A model generated the notes under the pieces. It saw only the letters and a program-made list of their open reading frames with translations, did no database searches and was not told the origin of the DNA. The position numbers and the translations under genes were made by a program. Positions 53,700 to 63,540 of a stretch of DNA of 64,000 nt are shown piece by piece; within the stretch, counting starts at the first letter, position 1, and each line of letters opens with the position of its first letter. Source of the DNA: an uncultured bacterium (GTDB lineage: Bacteria; Patescibacteriota; Minisyncoccia; Minisyncoccales; UBA5738); the NCBI GenBank assembly GCA_903847095.1, contig CAINCQ010000029.1, forward strand, positions 5,485 to 69,484, read 5' to 3'.

Positions 53700-53724
53700 A
53701 AATAAAGAAAAGGAGGTTAAAAAA

Positions 53725-54246
53725 GTGGAAATCTTTACCCTGATTGCCGCGTTCTTGTTTGGAATACTGATAGCGCTCGGCGGATTCATTATCGGCTTAA
53801 AAAAACCGCCACTGACCATTCTGCCCGCCGGCGCTTATATGTTTTTTGCAATGTTCGGATACCCATTCTCGGCTTTTCAGGTTTGGCCGCTCGGTTATGC
53901 CGTACTTGCCGGAACCATAGTAATGGTCATATATTGGCTTGCGACGCAAAAGAACTTCGGCAAAGAAAAAGAAATTGAATATAAGGTCAAAGCGGTCAGA
54001 AGAGGCCATTACTACCCCGGCACCAACGGAAGGCATCCGATCGCCGGAAAGATTTACCAAGTAATCGCGGAAAGAACCGCGCTTTATAAGGATAGCTCCT
54101 TCGCGCCCGTAGGACACGAGTGCGGTACTAGCCCATGCCCGGTTTGTGAGAGCCTACCGGATGTGCTTCTGGCAGAAGTCCGAATTTACGACCTCGAAGG
54201 ACATGCCTATGGCTGGCAGCCAAAAAAGAACTTCGTACCGATATAA
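53725..54246 (+). CDS. membrane protein with cytoplasmic C-domain, hypothetical
   Basis: GTG 53725 is 8 nt after AAGGAGG; track start 53671 is the -35 hexamer itself. Confidence 0.5.
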   Translation: MEIFTLIAAFLFGILIALGGFIIGLKKPPLTILPAGAYMFFAMFGYPFSAFQVWPLGYAVLAGTIVMVIYWLATQKNFGKEKEIEYKVKAVRRGHYYPGTNGRHPIAGKIYQVIAERTALYKDSSFAPVGHECGTSPCPVCESLPDVLLAEVRIYDLEGHAYGWQPKKNFVPI

Positions 54247-54362
54247 TGACGGATAAGCCGTCATTTTCTTTTTTCGTATTCTTGTATTAAGGATTGCAAA
54301 AAACCCGCGGGTTCCCGCCGGCTTTTTTGTTTGATTTGGTTTTTTTGATCCGTTTTTCTTGC

Positions 54363-55469
54363 TTACCTCGGCGGTTCCAATTCCTTGGTTTCGATCAAAA
54401 CTTCGCGCAATTTGTCCAGATTTTCCAGCACCATTCCCGCCCCCCGGACGACCGCGGTCATCGGATCTTCCACCACTTTGACGGCAATCCGGGTTTCTTT
54501 TTCTATCAGTACGTCTAGCCCGCGCAACTGGCTGCCTCCGCCCGACAGATAGATGCCGTTGGACATGATGTCGGCGATCAGCTCGGGCGGCGTCTCCTCG
54601 ATAGCCATTTTTATTTCGGCCACAATTTGCTTTATTGATTTTTCGATTGCGCGCCTGATCTCGTCTTCGGAAATCACGATCTCTTCGGGTAAACCGGTAA
54701 CAAGATTCCTTCCCCTCATTTTAAAGTCGCGGCGCGGCGGTTTTTTAACGCCAACCGCGTTTTTTTGAGCGGCGTTCCCCTGGTCAACCTGGTAAGCCAA
54801 CCCTATCCCGATCTTGATATTCTCGGCCATGCGCTCTCCGATCAGAAGCTTGTATTCCTCCTGAACGAACTGGATGATATCCTCGCAAAGCTTATCTCCC
54901 GCGATGCGCAAACTTTTTCCCAAAACAATCCCTCCCAAAGATATCACCGCGATCTCGGCCGTTCCGCCGCCGATATTCACGACGAAATTTCCCACCGCCT
55001 CCTGGACCGGCAAACGCGTTCCGATAGCCGAGGCCATCGGCTCATCGATCAAAAAAACCTCGCGCGCGCCAGCCGAAATTCCCGCGTCGATCACCGCCTT
55101 TTTTTCCACTTCGGTAACTCCGAAAGGAACGCCAACAATCAACCGCGGCCGGATATTGAAGATAAGTTTTTTCTTGCGGGCCTTTTCGATGAAATAACGA
55201 AGCATCTGCTCCGTCACTTCGAAATCCGAAATCACGCCCGAACGCAGCGGCCTTACCGCTACGATGTGGGACGGGGTACGGCCTACCATTTTCTTCGCCT
55301 CTTCGCCCACGGCTAAAATCTGCCCGGTTTTCTGGTTCACGGCCACTACCGACGGCTCCTGGATGACGATCCCCCTGTCCCTGACATAAACTCTCGAATT
55401 GGCCGTGCCCAAATCGATCGCCATATCCTCGGAAAATAGTTTTTTGAAATTATCCCAAAATTTAAACAT
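54363..55469 (-). CDS. mreB: MreB-like actin homolog (paralog 1, with N-terminal extension and internal insertion)
   Basis: 368 aa; MAIDLGTANSRVY, EPSVVAV, VNIGGGTAEIAVISLGG, LSGGGSQLRGLD. Confidence 0.85.
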   Translation of the reverse strand: MFKFWDNFKKLFSEDMAIDLGTANSRVYVRDRGIVIQEPSVVAVNQKTGQILAVGEEAKKMVGRTPSHIVAVRPLRSGVISDFEVTEQMLRYFIEKARKKKLIFNIRPRLIVGVPFGVTEVEKKAVIDAGISAGAREVFLIDEPMASAIGTRLPVQEAVGNFVVNIGGGTAEIAVISLGGIVLGKSLRIAGDKLCEDIIQFVQEEYKLLIGERMAENIKIGIGLAYQVDQGNAAQKNAVGVKKPPRRDFKMRGRNLVTGLPEEIVISEDEIRRAIEKSIKQIVAEIKMAIEETPPELIADIMSNGIYLSGGGSQLRGLDVLIEKETRIAVKVVEDPMTAVVRGAGMVLENLDKLREVLIETKELEPPR

Positions 55470-55478
55470 TGATGTTTG

Positions 55479-56567
55479 CTAGAAAAGTCTTGAAATATCA
55501 CCGATGGTGGCAAAGATCGAAAGACCCACCAGAATAAAGAAAAAAACCGCGGTTATCGTTTGTTCGACCTTCTCGGAAACCGGCCGTTTTCTTACCGCCT
55601 CGATCCCCAAAAAAACCAGTTTCCCTCCATCCAAAGCCGGAATCGGAAGAGCATTGAAGATCGCCAAATAAACGGAAATTATCGCGATAAATTGAAGATA
55701 ATAATTCACGCCCATCTGAGCCGCCTGGTTCAGCAAATTGCCGATACCGATCGGTCCGACAAACTGGGCTCCCGGCGGCATACCCTGCCCGCTGGTCAAG
55801 CGTCCGATGATCTGTCCCCAGCCCGAAAACAGGTTAACGGTCAGATCCCAAGTCGTTGTAACGCTTTTAACGACCGCTTGCGGAAAACCGTAAGATACCT
55901 CGGCCGCCCTCACCAAAGAAACCCCTACCGCCCCTTGCCCGTTTGGAGGATTTTCCCGCGGCGTCAAATTTAAAACCAGCGTCTCGTTCATTCTTTGGAC
56001 TTCGACGACAACTGGTTGCCCTTTATGGTTGCCGGTAAAATCCTGAACTTGCCCCACTTTATCTACCGTTTGAACATTAGTTGGACTATCGGCCAAACTC
56101 AAACTTTTGATGAAATCGCCGGGTTGGATTTTGGCAATACTGGCCGGGGAATTGGCGGAAACAGCCGTCACTTGCACCTTGGCATTTGGCACATCGTCGG
56201 TATCGAGCACGGGTTGGATCGTCCCGGTCGTAAAAACATAAGCAAAGATCACAACCGCGATCAGCCAAAAAGAGATCACTCCTCCGGCAACGATCAGCGC
56301 TCTTTGCCAAACCGGTTTTGAGGCAAAGCTCCGCGAATCCTCCGTCCGTTCATCCTCGCCATAAAGTTTTACGAACGCGCCCAGCGGCAAAACGTTCAGC
56401 GAATAGATCGTTTCCCCGAATTTTTTGCCATAGATCCGCGGAGGCAAAAAAATCCCGAACTCCTCGACCTTCACGTTAAAAAGACGAGCCAGGATAAAGT
56501 GCCCAAACTCATGGAGTGTGATCAACCCGATCAAACTGAGAAAAACGATAATGATTGTTATTGCCAT
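55479..56567 (-). CDS. rseP: RIP metalloprotease RseP (site-2 protease, M50) with PDZ domain
   Basis: HEFGHF zinc motif, PDZ-like middle, NALPIPALDGG; start taken at MAITIIIVF (56565-56567). Confidence 0.85.
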   Translation of the reverse strand: MAITIIIVFLSLIGLITLHEFGHFILARLFNVKVEEFGIFLPPRIYGKKFGETIYSLNVLPLGAFVKLYGEDERTEDSRSFASKPVWQRALIVAGGVISFWLIAVVIFAYVFTTGTIQPVLDTDDVPNAKVQVTAVSANSPASIAKIQPGDFIKSLSLADSPTNVQTVDKVGQVQDFTGNHKGQPVVVEVQRMNETLVLNLTPRENPPNGQGAVGVSLVRAAEVSYGFPQAVVKSVTTTWDLTVNLFSGWGQIIGRLTSGQGMPPGAQFVGPIGIGNLLNQAAQMGVNYYLQFIAIISVYLAIFNALPIPALDGGKLVFLGIEAVRKRPVSEKVEQTITAVFFFILVGLSIFATIGDISRLF

Positions 56568-56717
56568 CTGAAGTAACCCCGAATGTTTCAAACTAGAAAC
56601 CCGAAACAAGTTAAAATAACCAAATTTCCAATGCTTAAAACGAATTATTCGCTTTAAGCGTTAGAAGTTTTCGATTTTGATCACTACTTCGGATTTCTCG
56701 TCCCGTCCCTCGGGTTT

Positions 56718-57275
56718 TTATAAAGAAATTTCTTTTTTCTTGCGTTCGCCGCTCTCCTCGATCTTCTTCCCGTATTCATCGACCAGCTCCTGCAACTCAT
56801 CCTTGGCCTTGAATTTATCGTCTTCGCGGACCTCGCCTTCCCTTTCTTTTTTCTGGACTTCCGACCAAATCTGGTCCCTCAAACGCCTTATAGCCTGCCT
56901 TGCTTCTTCCTGGGCTCTTGAAACAACCTTAACCAGATTCTGGCGATATTCACTGGTCAGATCGGGCATTGAGATCCGGATGACGTTCTGGTCCACCACG
57001 GGCGCTAACCCAAGCTGTGATTGCGAAATAGCGTGTTGTATCCCTTCAAAATAGGATTTGTCCCAGGGCTGGATAACGATCAGGCGCGGCTCGGGAACCG
57101 AAATCATGGCCAATTGTTTTAGCGGCATTTTTTGGCCGAAACAATCGACGACCAAGTCTTCGACGATCGAAGCGCTCGCCCTTCCGGTATGGATCTTGCC
57201 CAACTCCCGATCAAAGTATGTGATCGCTTTATCCATTTCCGGCTTGCTTTTTTTGATGATTTCTTTGTATTCCAT
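56718..57275 (-). CDS. frr: ribosome recycling factor
   Basis: 185 aa; full-length Frr pattern (GRASASIVEDLVVDCFG ... IPEPRLIVIQPWD ... MPDLTSEYRQNLVK). Confidence 0.92.
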   Translation of the reverse strand: MEYKEIIKKSKPEMDKAITYFDRELGKIHTGRASASIVEDLVVDCFGQKMPLKQLAMISVPEPRLIVIQPWDKSYFEGIQHAISQSQLGLAPVVDQNVIRISMPDLTSEYRQNLVKVVSRAQEEARQAIRRLRDQIWSEVQKKEREGEVREDDKFKAKDELQELVDEYGKKIEESGERKKKEISL

Positions 57276-57502
57276 GTTATTCCGAGATTAATTTAGGCTT
57301 TCCTTGAGCCTAGCTCAAAAGAAAGCCACACACTAATTATCTAACAAAATTAATAGGGTTTGTCGAGCTATCTTCCTGGCTTAAGGGCGGATTAACCGAC
57401 GAGCGGAGAATTTGTTATAATATAATCAGCAAAACGTCAATGATGGCCCGGAACGCTTAATAAATCCGTATAACTGTAACTTAAACGTAGAAATTGAATT
57501 AT

Positions 57503-58144
57503 ATGAAAAAAATAAAATATGCCGTTTACGCGATACTTACTTCGGCTGCCATAATGCTCGGAACCATGGTCTATTGGTTCCAATATTACAATATTTTTTC
57601 CATCCAGGAATGGACCGGTAATTTTATCGACACTGTTGAGTGGATATTTTTCGGAGGATTTAACTTTGCTCTTTTGTCCCTTGGCGAATTTTCGCCCGGC
57701 AGTATCACTCTTTGCGCGGCGGCGACGGCGGCCATATTGGCTTTTTTCTGGCTGGTGGAAACAAAACTATTTAAAGACAGGAAATGGGCTTTTTTAACCG
57801 CCCCCTTGGTAACATCAGCGCTTCTTCTGGCTTTTTCTTTAGGAGGAAGCGTCATCAGCAACCTGATCAGCGCAAATCTTTCTAATATCCCGCCTTCATC
57901 CGGTTGCATGAACATTTTTTACGGGAACAACAGTTTTGACTTCTTCATTACGCTTCCTTACGCTTTCTCTATGTTCATCCTGGAGGCGGCTTGCGCTGTC
58001 TTCCTTCTGCTTATTATCTACGGCGCCATCCAAAAGAAAGGGTGGGACAAATTCCTTGTCGTCAGCGCTCTCCTGCTGATCCTGGCACAGCTGATATATT
58101 ATCTTATCCTTCCTTTGATCCTGGGGTCGCTGATACAGGCTTGA
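57503..58144 (+). CDS. polytopic membrane protein, hypothetical
   Basis: ATG 57503 (MKKIKYAVYAIL...); about 6 TM helices. Confidence 0.5.
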   Translation: MKKIKYAVYAILTSAAIMLGTMVYWFQYYNIFSIQEWTGNFIDTVEWIFFGGFNFALLSLGEFSPGSITLCAAATAAILAFFWLVETKLFKDRKWAFLTAPLVTSALLLAFSLGGSVISNLISANLSNIPPSSGCMNIFYGNNSFDFFITLPYAFSMFILEAACAVFLLLIIYGAIQKKGWDKFLVVSALLLILAQLIYYLILPLILGSLIQA

Positions 58145-58160
58145 AACGCCGGACAAAAAA

Positions 58161-59150
58161 TCAGATCTCGAGCATCAAGGTTTCCAACGCCAGTTTTTCA
58201 TTAACGTTGGTCGCGAATAAAATATAATTAAGCTGTTCTATTTTTTTTAGAATCAAGGAAATTTTATCCAAAGAAAAAGCGCTATTTGTAGTTTTGGAAA
58301 ATTCAAACTTTTTGGCATCCCCTAAATTTACGGCCGGCTCAACGCCTTTTTCTTTTTCTTTCAGCGCCTCCATCAACAAACCCCGGAAGTAGATTGACCA
58401 AATTTCAAGAATCTCGCCGATTTTTTTTTCCTCGGAAATGTTTTTAACGTATTTGAAACGTTCCCCTAAACCGCCCGATACCGCCCGCGAAAGATCTTTG
58501 ATCTCGTTCTGCCAAATTTTCAACTCTTCGGGATTGGAAATGAAATCAACCGCGCGCCCCGGACGCCCAAAAGACAATCTGGTTATTTCCCCGATATCGG
58601 CAACCCCGGGATTGGCGCCAAATTCATTATTCAAGTAATCGCCGATTTCATTTGGCGGAACGAAATTGAACCTTACCGTTTCGCATCTTGAAACAACGGT
58701 CGGAAGCAGCAAGCGCGGATTTTGGACGGTCAAAATCAATAAAGTCCTGCCATTCGGCTCTTCCAAGGTTTTCAAAAGGCAATTTTGACTATCGGCAGTC
58801 ATTAAATGCGCGTTATCGATCACCGCCACTTTCAGAGGCGCTAAAACCGGCTTTAGCGATAATTTCCAGATAAGGTCACGGATTTGCTCTATTTTGATAT
58901 TGTTTGTTTCCGGATCCGCCTTAACGTAAAAAAAATCCGGATGGACATTGCCTTCGCGGATCTTGGAATCGAAAAGAAACGATATCCATTCCAAAGCCGC
59001 GCTCTTTTTTCCGACTTTTTCGGGACCAGTGAACAAATAAGCGTGGGAAATCCTGTTCGCCGCCGCCGATCTCTTCAAAAATTCCCGTTGTTTTTGGTGA
59101 CCGACCATTGCCATTTTTATTAACGTCAAAATAGAATTTTCAATGATCAA
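58161..59150 (-). CDS. holB: DNA polymerase III delta-prime subunit
   Basis: 329 aa; GHQKQREFLKRS..SHAYLFTGPEKVGKKS, LLKTLEEP, SRC motifs; exact start uncertain. Confidence 0.8.
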   Translation of the reverse strand: MIIENSILTLIKMAMVGHQKQREFLKRSAAANRISHAYLFTGPEKVGKKSAALEWISFLFDSKIREGNVHPDFFYVKADPETNNIKIEQIRDLIWKLSLKPVLAPLKVAVIDNAHLMTADSQNCLLKTLEEPNGRTLLILTVQNPRLLLPTVVSRCETVRFNFVPPNEIGDYLNNEFGANPGVADIGEITRLSFGRPGRAVDFISNPEELKIWQNEIKDLSRAVSGGLGERFKYVKNISEEKKIGEILEIWSIYFRGLLMEALKEKEKGVEPAVNLGDAKKFEFSKTTNSAFSLDKISLILKKIEQLNYILFATNVNEKLALETLMLEI

Positions 59151-59191
59151 ACACTGATTTCCGATTGAAAATTTATTGAAAATTAAACATT

Positions 59192-60190
59192 CTACTTCTT
59201 ATTCATTATGCTCTTCTTGTAGAATTCGAGGTTTTCCAAAACCGCGCCCGTACCTTTAGCCACGCACAAAAGCGAGTTATCGGCCACGGTACAAGGCACG
59301 CCTATGGATTGCGTTACCAGCTCCGAGAGATTTCTCAATAAACTGCTTCCCCCCGATAAAACCATACCCTTGTCCATAATATCGGCGGAAAGCTCCGGAG
59401 GCGTGTCACGCAAAACGTTTTTAATGGTCTGCACTATCTCGACCAAAACATCGGAAATCGATTCGCTTACCTCGTTGGAAGTTATTTTAATGTTCCGCGG
59501 CAACCCGCTGATCAAATCGCGGCCCCGGATCTCCAGAACCTTGGGTTCTTTGTCCGGCATTGCCGTTCCGATATTGATCTTTATCTCTTCGGTAGTCTGA
59601 TCTCCGATGGCCAGATTATGTTTTCTTTTGACGTAATCGGCAATAGCCGAATCCATTTTATCCCCGGCCACCCGGAGCGACTGAAAATTAACGATACCGC
59701 CAAGCGAGATTACCGCAACCTCCGCCGTCCCCCCGCCGATATCCACAATCATGTTTCCCGAACAGGAATGGATAGGAATTCCCGCGCCAACCGCCGCCAG
59801 GATCGGCTCTTTACAAAGATAAACCGCTTTCGCTCCGGCGTTCATGCCTGCTTCGATCACGGCTCGGCGCTCCGTGGACGTTATACCGGCCGGAACGCTG
59901 ATCACCAGTTCGGGTTTGAAAAATTTAACGCGCCCGGCGACCTTATTGATCAAATAATGAAGCATCGCCTGTGTCACGCGAAAATCCGCGATCACCCCGT
60001 CGCGCATCGGACGGTACACCCGGATGGCGTCGGGAGTCCGGCCCATCATTTCATTCGCTTCCTTGCCCACGGCCAAAATCTTGTTCTCATCCAAATCCAC
60101 GGCAACCACCGACGGCTCCTGTAAAACCACCCCTTTTTTGGGGATAAAAACTACCGTATTCCTTGTGCCCAGATCAATACCTATCTTCAT
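59192..60190 (-). CDS. mreB: MreB rod-shape protein (paralog 2, canonical length)
   Basis: 332 aa; IGIDLGTRNTVVF, VDIGGGTAEVAVISLGG, LSGGSSLLRNL. Confidence 0.9.
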   Translation of the reverse strand: MKIGIDLGTRNTVVFIPKKGVVLQEPSVVAVDLDENKILAVGKEANEMMGRTPDAIRVYRPMRDGVIADFRVTQAMLHYLINKVAGRVKFFKPELVISVPAGITSTERRAVIEAGMNAGAKAVYLCKEPILAAVGAGIPIHSCSGNMIVDIGGGTAEVAVISLGGIVNFQSLRVAGDKMDSAIADYVKRKHNLAIGDQTTEEIKINIGTAMPDKEPKVLEIRGRDLISGLPRNIKITSNEVSESISDVLVEIVQTIKNVLRDTPPELSADIMDKGMVLSGGSSLLRNLSELVTQSIGVPCTVADNSLLCVAKGTGAVLENLEFYKKSIMNKK

Positions 60191-60307
60191 AAATGTTTAA
60201 ATAATGAAAATCTTTCGATACGCGCCTTCTCGTGATTTCACTCTATACTATTTGAAAAAAAATGGCAAAACCAAGATCCGGATAAAAAAAGAAGCCGTTG
60301 TTCGCAA

Positions 60308-60856
60308 CTAGCTTCTAAGATAGGCCCTAAGCACCGTTTTGGTCAAATACTCTTCATCCTCACCCCCGGCCAGCCGGTATCCTTGAAGAATCTTGCTCAT
60401 TTTTACCCAGTGCAATTCTTTCGACTGGTTTAAAGACAACCCAAGAAATCCGGGCAAAAACGCGATCGGGATAACACAGGCAATTTTTAAGTGGAAAGTC
60501 CGAAGGTTGTGCTGTCCGCCGGAAGGAACCACCAAGAAAGCGGTTTCCGAAGGATCGATTAGCGCCGACTCGGCCATGAACTTTTCCGTTAAGGAATGCG
60601 CTATCAGCGGCGTCACCACCTGCGCGACCAACGGCTGCATAAAACGATCCAGCTTACTTGAAATCCTTGGATTTCCCCTGGCTTTTGGATTGATGCTCAC
60701 GCATAAATTTCCCAATGTGCTCGTCTCGTCCGGCTGATTTTGCAAAAACAGCAAAATTTTTTCGTTTCCGTCCGTTCTCGGTTCATCGCCGGCGATAATG
60801 GTGTAAACCGTGATATCGCTGATCGCCGGCGTCTTTCCGTAATATCTTATTTCCAT
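60308..60856 (-). CDS. hypothetical protein
   Basis: 182-aa ORF, no recognised motif. Confidence 0.5.
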   Translation of the reverse strand: MEIRYYGKTPAISDITVYTIIAGDEPRTDGNEKILLFLQNQPDETSTLGNLCVSINPKARGNPRISSKLDRFMQPLVAQVVTPLIAHSLTEKFMAESALIDPSETAFLVVPSGGQHNLRTFHLKIACVIPIAFLPGFLGLSLNQSKELHWVKMSKILQGYRLAGGEDEEYLTKTVLRAYLRS

Positions 60857-60988
60857 AACTCAATCCTCTTTTTTGGTTTTGAATATTTTTAATAAGCTGA
60901 CTTTTTTGTATTACATTCCTGGCCGTCCGTCAAACCGGCTGACCGGTTGTTGTAACAAAAAAAACGGCTTGACGGCCGTTATTTCGGT

Positions 60989-61552
60989 TTAACACTTGCG
61001 TTTACGCTTTAAATCCGGGCCGGACAGGGACTTTCCCTTTGATAGTTCCAAAATCATCAGATTGCCCGGTTCCGATCGCTGGACATAGATCCGGTGGCAC
61101 CCTAGAATACATAACATTCCCTGCTCCCCTTCATGAACCAATCTCGCAAAAAGATCCATGTTTTCCACGCAGCAATCGGGAATCGCGCCTTTTAAAAGTG
61201 CGGGCGCTCCCTGTTCATCACAACCCTCGTAATAAGGAATCCTCCGATAGACCAGCTTTCCTGTTTCGGCGCGGCAATAACCCTGACTTGTCCGACACCT
61301 GTCGCATCTGTCTCCGCCTACCGGACCAAAGACCGGACATTGCTTCATACCCGGCTGCCTCTCATGTTCCGCATAAGGATATAAGCAACACCTATCCGCC
61401 AGTCCGCATTTTTCGCATTCCAGCAAATTCGGACATTCTTCCACGTGGCCTATGCAACCGTTCATCACTTCACCGCCTTGCGCTTTTTTCTTGTGATAGA
61501 CTTTCTTTAAATCATAAATATCGCCACTTGTCAAACACCTTACCCGGACCAC
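60989..61552 (-). CDS. Cys-rich hypothetical protein (start uncertain, 61552 or about 61465)
   Basis: 187 aa with more than 15 Cys in CxxC-like pairs (ECEKCG, CDRCR). Confidence 0.45.
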   Translation of the reverse strand: MVRVRCLTSGDIYDLKKVYHKKKAQGGEVMNGCIGHVEECPNLLECEKCGLADRCCLYPYAEHERQPGMKQCPVFGPVGGDRCDRCRTSQGYCRAETGKLVYRRIPYYEGCDEQGAPALLKGAIPDCCVENMDLFARLVHEGEQGMLCILGCHRIYVQRSEPGNLMILELSKGKSLSGPDLKRKRKC

Positions 61553-61554
61553 AA

Positions 61555-62781
61555 TTATTCATCCGCCTTTTTTGTTTTCTTTTTGGCCAAATCGGCCAGC
61601 ATTACGCTACCGATAATCAAAACACCAGCCAGAACGAATAGCCAGCGATATCCCAAAGGCCCGATCAACACTCCTCCGAGCAAAGAACCCAGCGCCACCC
61701 CAAGCGGGGAAAATACCGTATCGAGCGCCCCGGCCTCGCCGGGACTGCCGCGCAACCGCCGGTTCAATAACGCCGACCGTCCGGAATTGCATAAAAAGGA
61801 TCCGGTCCCGCGAAAAAAATCAAACGCGAAAATACTCCCAAAATTAAGCATTGGAGCGAACACCCCGAATAAGATCGCGAAAATTCCGGCGACTAAACCG
61901 CCCTCCCTCACGTTTTTCTCCGGATCGTCAAGCTGGCGCCTTCTGATCAGGACAACATAGGCCAAAACGAAAAAAGCGGAAGAAGCGGCGCTGTAAAATA
62001 TAACCGCGTTCCTGCTCCAGGCTAAAACATCCTTTAAAAACAGGATGAAAAAAGTAAAAAACCCGCCGGATAACAGCACTGCAAAAGAAATAAGAACCGA
62101 AAAACCCAGATCACCCTTAAACACGATTCTTGCCCCGTTTAACCATCCCGAAAAGAAAATACGGAAAGACAGTCCTTTTTTCGCCACCACGACCGGAATC
62201 TTTAAAAGAACCGCGGCGCAATAGACCGCGGCGACCGCTTGGATAATAACGCTTGACATGAACGCGGCGGGAAATCCTCCCGCAAGAATAAGCAAAGCGC
62301 CCAAAAACGGCGCCAAAGCGTCGGCCCAAAGCGGCGCGTTGTAAAACCAGGAAAATCCCCGCTCGGAATTGGCCATCGGAAAAGACATCAGCATGACGCG
62401 CGAAGCGGTGAAGAAAAACGAAGCCGAGATCCCCAGCAGAACCTGCCAAAGGAAAAATTGTCCGGGCTCGGTAATGAAAATCATGCCCAGCCCATAAGCC
62501 GCGTATCCTAAAACGCCAAGCGTCATTATCGCTGCCGGATGAGTTTTGCGACTTGCGTACCCGGCAACCGGCGCGAACAGGGCGATCGGAAGATAGATCA
62601 GCAGATAAGTCCAACCGACCTGCGGAAGAGTAAAATTACGCGCCACCAAAAAAAGCGGAAAATAAAGAGAAAAAAGCTTGTAACCAAACATCAGCAAAAA
62701 ATGCGTGATCGTTACTCCCCGGATAATATGCAACTTATTATTATTTTTATTTTCACTTCCCATAATTATTGATTTTACCAT
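61555..62781 (-). CDS. MFS transporter (12 TM)
   Basis: 408 aa; hydrophobic profile and loop motifs typical of MFS. Confidence 0.75.
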   Translation of the reverse strand: MVKSIIMGSENKNNNKLHIIRGVTITHFLLMFGYKLFSLYFPLFLVARNFTLPQVGWTYLLIYLPIALFAPVAGYASRKTHPAAIMTLGVLGYAAYGLGMIFITEPGQFFLWQVLLGISASFFFTASRVMLMSFPMANSERGFSWFYNAPLWADALAPFLGALLILAGGFPAAFMSSVIIQAVAAVYCAAVLLKIPVVVAKKGLSFRIFFSGWLNGARIVFKGDLGFSVLISFAVLLSGGFFTFFILFLKDVLAWSRNAVIFYSAASSAFFVLAYVVLIRRRQLDDPEKNVREGGLVAGIFAILFGVFAPMLNFGSIFAFDFFRGTGSFLCNSGRSALLNRRLRGSPGEAGALDTVFSPLGVALGSLLGGVLIGPLGYRWLFVLAGVLIIGSVMLADLAKKKTKKADE

Positions 62782-62847
62782 TATTCCCGGCTTTTGATAT
62801 CTTGGTTTTTTAAGCCAGAAAAAAACCGCGTTTGTTCGCGGTTACTT

Positions 62848-63402
62848 TTAATAGCATTCGGCCAGTTTTCTTCTCGCCAAACTGGCGGAGTCGGGATCCA
62901 TGCTCCCGACAAGCGCAAGTGTTCTAAGGCACATACGGCACATCCGTTTTCCGAAACCGCTGACAAGCTGATTTCCTTTGGGCTCCTCGCACATGGCCAA
63001 CAGTTTAACGGTGTCGACATACCGCCATTCGCCGATGGTCGGTTCCACGTCGTAACGGCCGATAACGATCAAAAATGCCATATCGCTGCCGCCTTTTACG
63101 ACAACCGGATACATGGCTGGCATATTATCGATATCGCAAAGATCAATATCGATGCCGGTTTCCTCGAAGACTTCCCGCTTCAGGGCTTCTCCGATAATGC
63201 GCTCATCCATTGCTTGAGCCATCTCTTTGGCGTTCAAAGCACCGCCGGGTAAATCCCAGTCGCCCGGGAACGTCTCCCAGGGCTGCCTCCTTTTGACCAA
63301 CAACTTTCCGAATTTATTGGTAATACCGGCGAATACGCCAATGGTCGGTTTTGCCTTTTCCTCTCGCTGCTTTGGAACAACTTCCCCTTTTATTTCAGCC
63401 AA
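62848..63402 (-). CDS. NUDIX hydrolase
   Basis: 184 aa; WDLPGGAL...IIGEALKREVFEETGI Nudix box with an insertion. Confidence 0.7.
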   Translation of the reverse strand: MAEIKGEVVPKQREEKAKPTIGVFAGITNKFGKLLVKRRQPWETFPGDWDLPGGALNAKEMAQAMDERIIGEALKREVFEETGIDIDLCDIDNMPAMYPVVVKGGSDMAFLIVIGRYDVEPTIGEWRYVDTVKLLAMCEEPKGNQLVSGFGKRMCRMCLRTLALVGSMDPDSASLARRKLAECY

Positions 63403-63540
63403 ATCATCACTCCGCTCCGATTATTAAGGAACCTTATCATTATATAATAAAAATAATGTTTGTCAATTTTTATGATTGATTAGAAAGCCTTAATAAGATA
63501 CACTGGATTTGTTAAGCTATACGATTAAACCAAATATTTA

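Noticed and set aside
53671-53724. The track start codon TTG at 53671 for ORF 53671-54246, and similarly 52574 for ORF 52574-52969 and 4277 for ORF 3642-4277.
   Set aside because: The TTG at 53671 is the first triplet of the -35 hexamer TTGACT. In all three cases a downstream start with a proper SD and/or a position after the promoter is more plausible.
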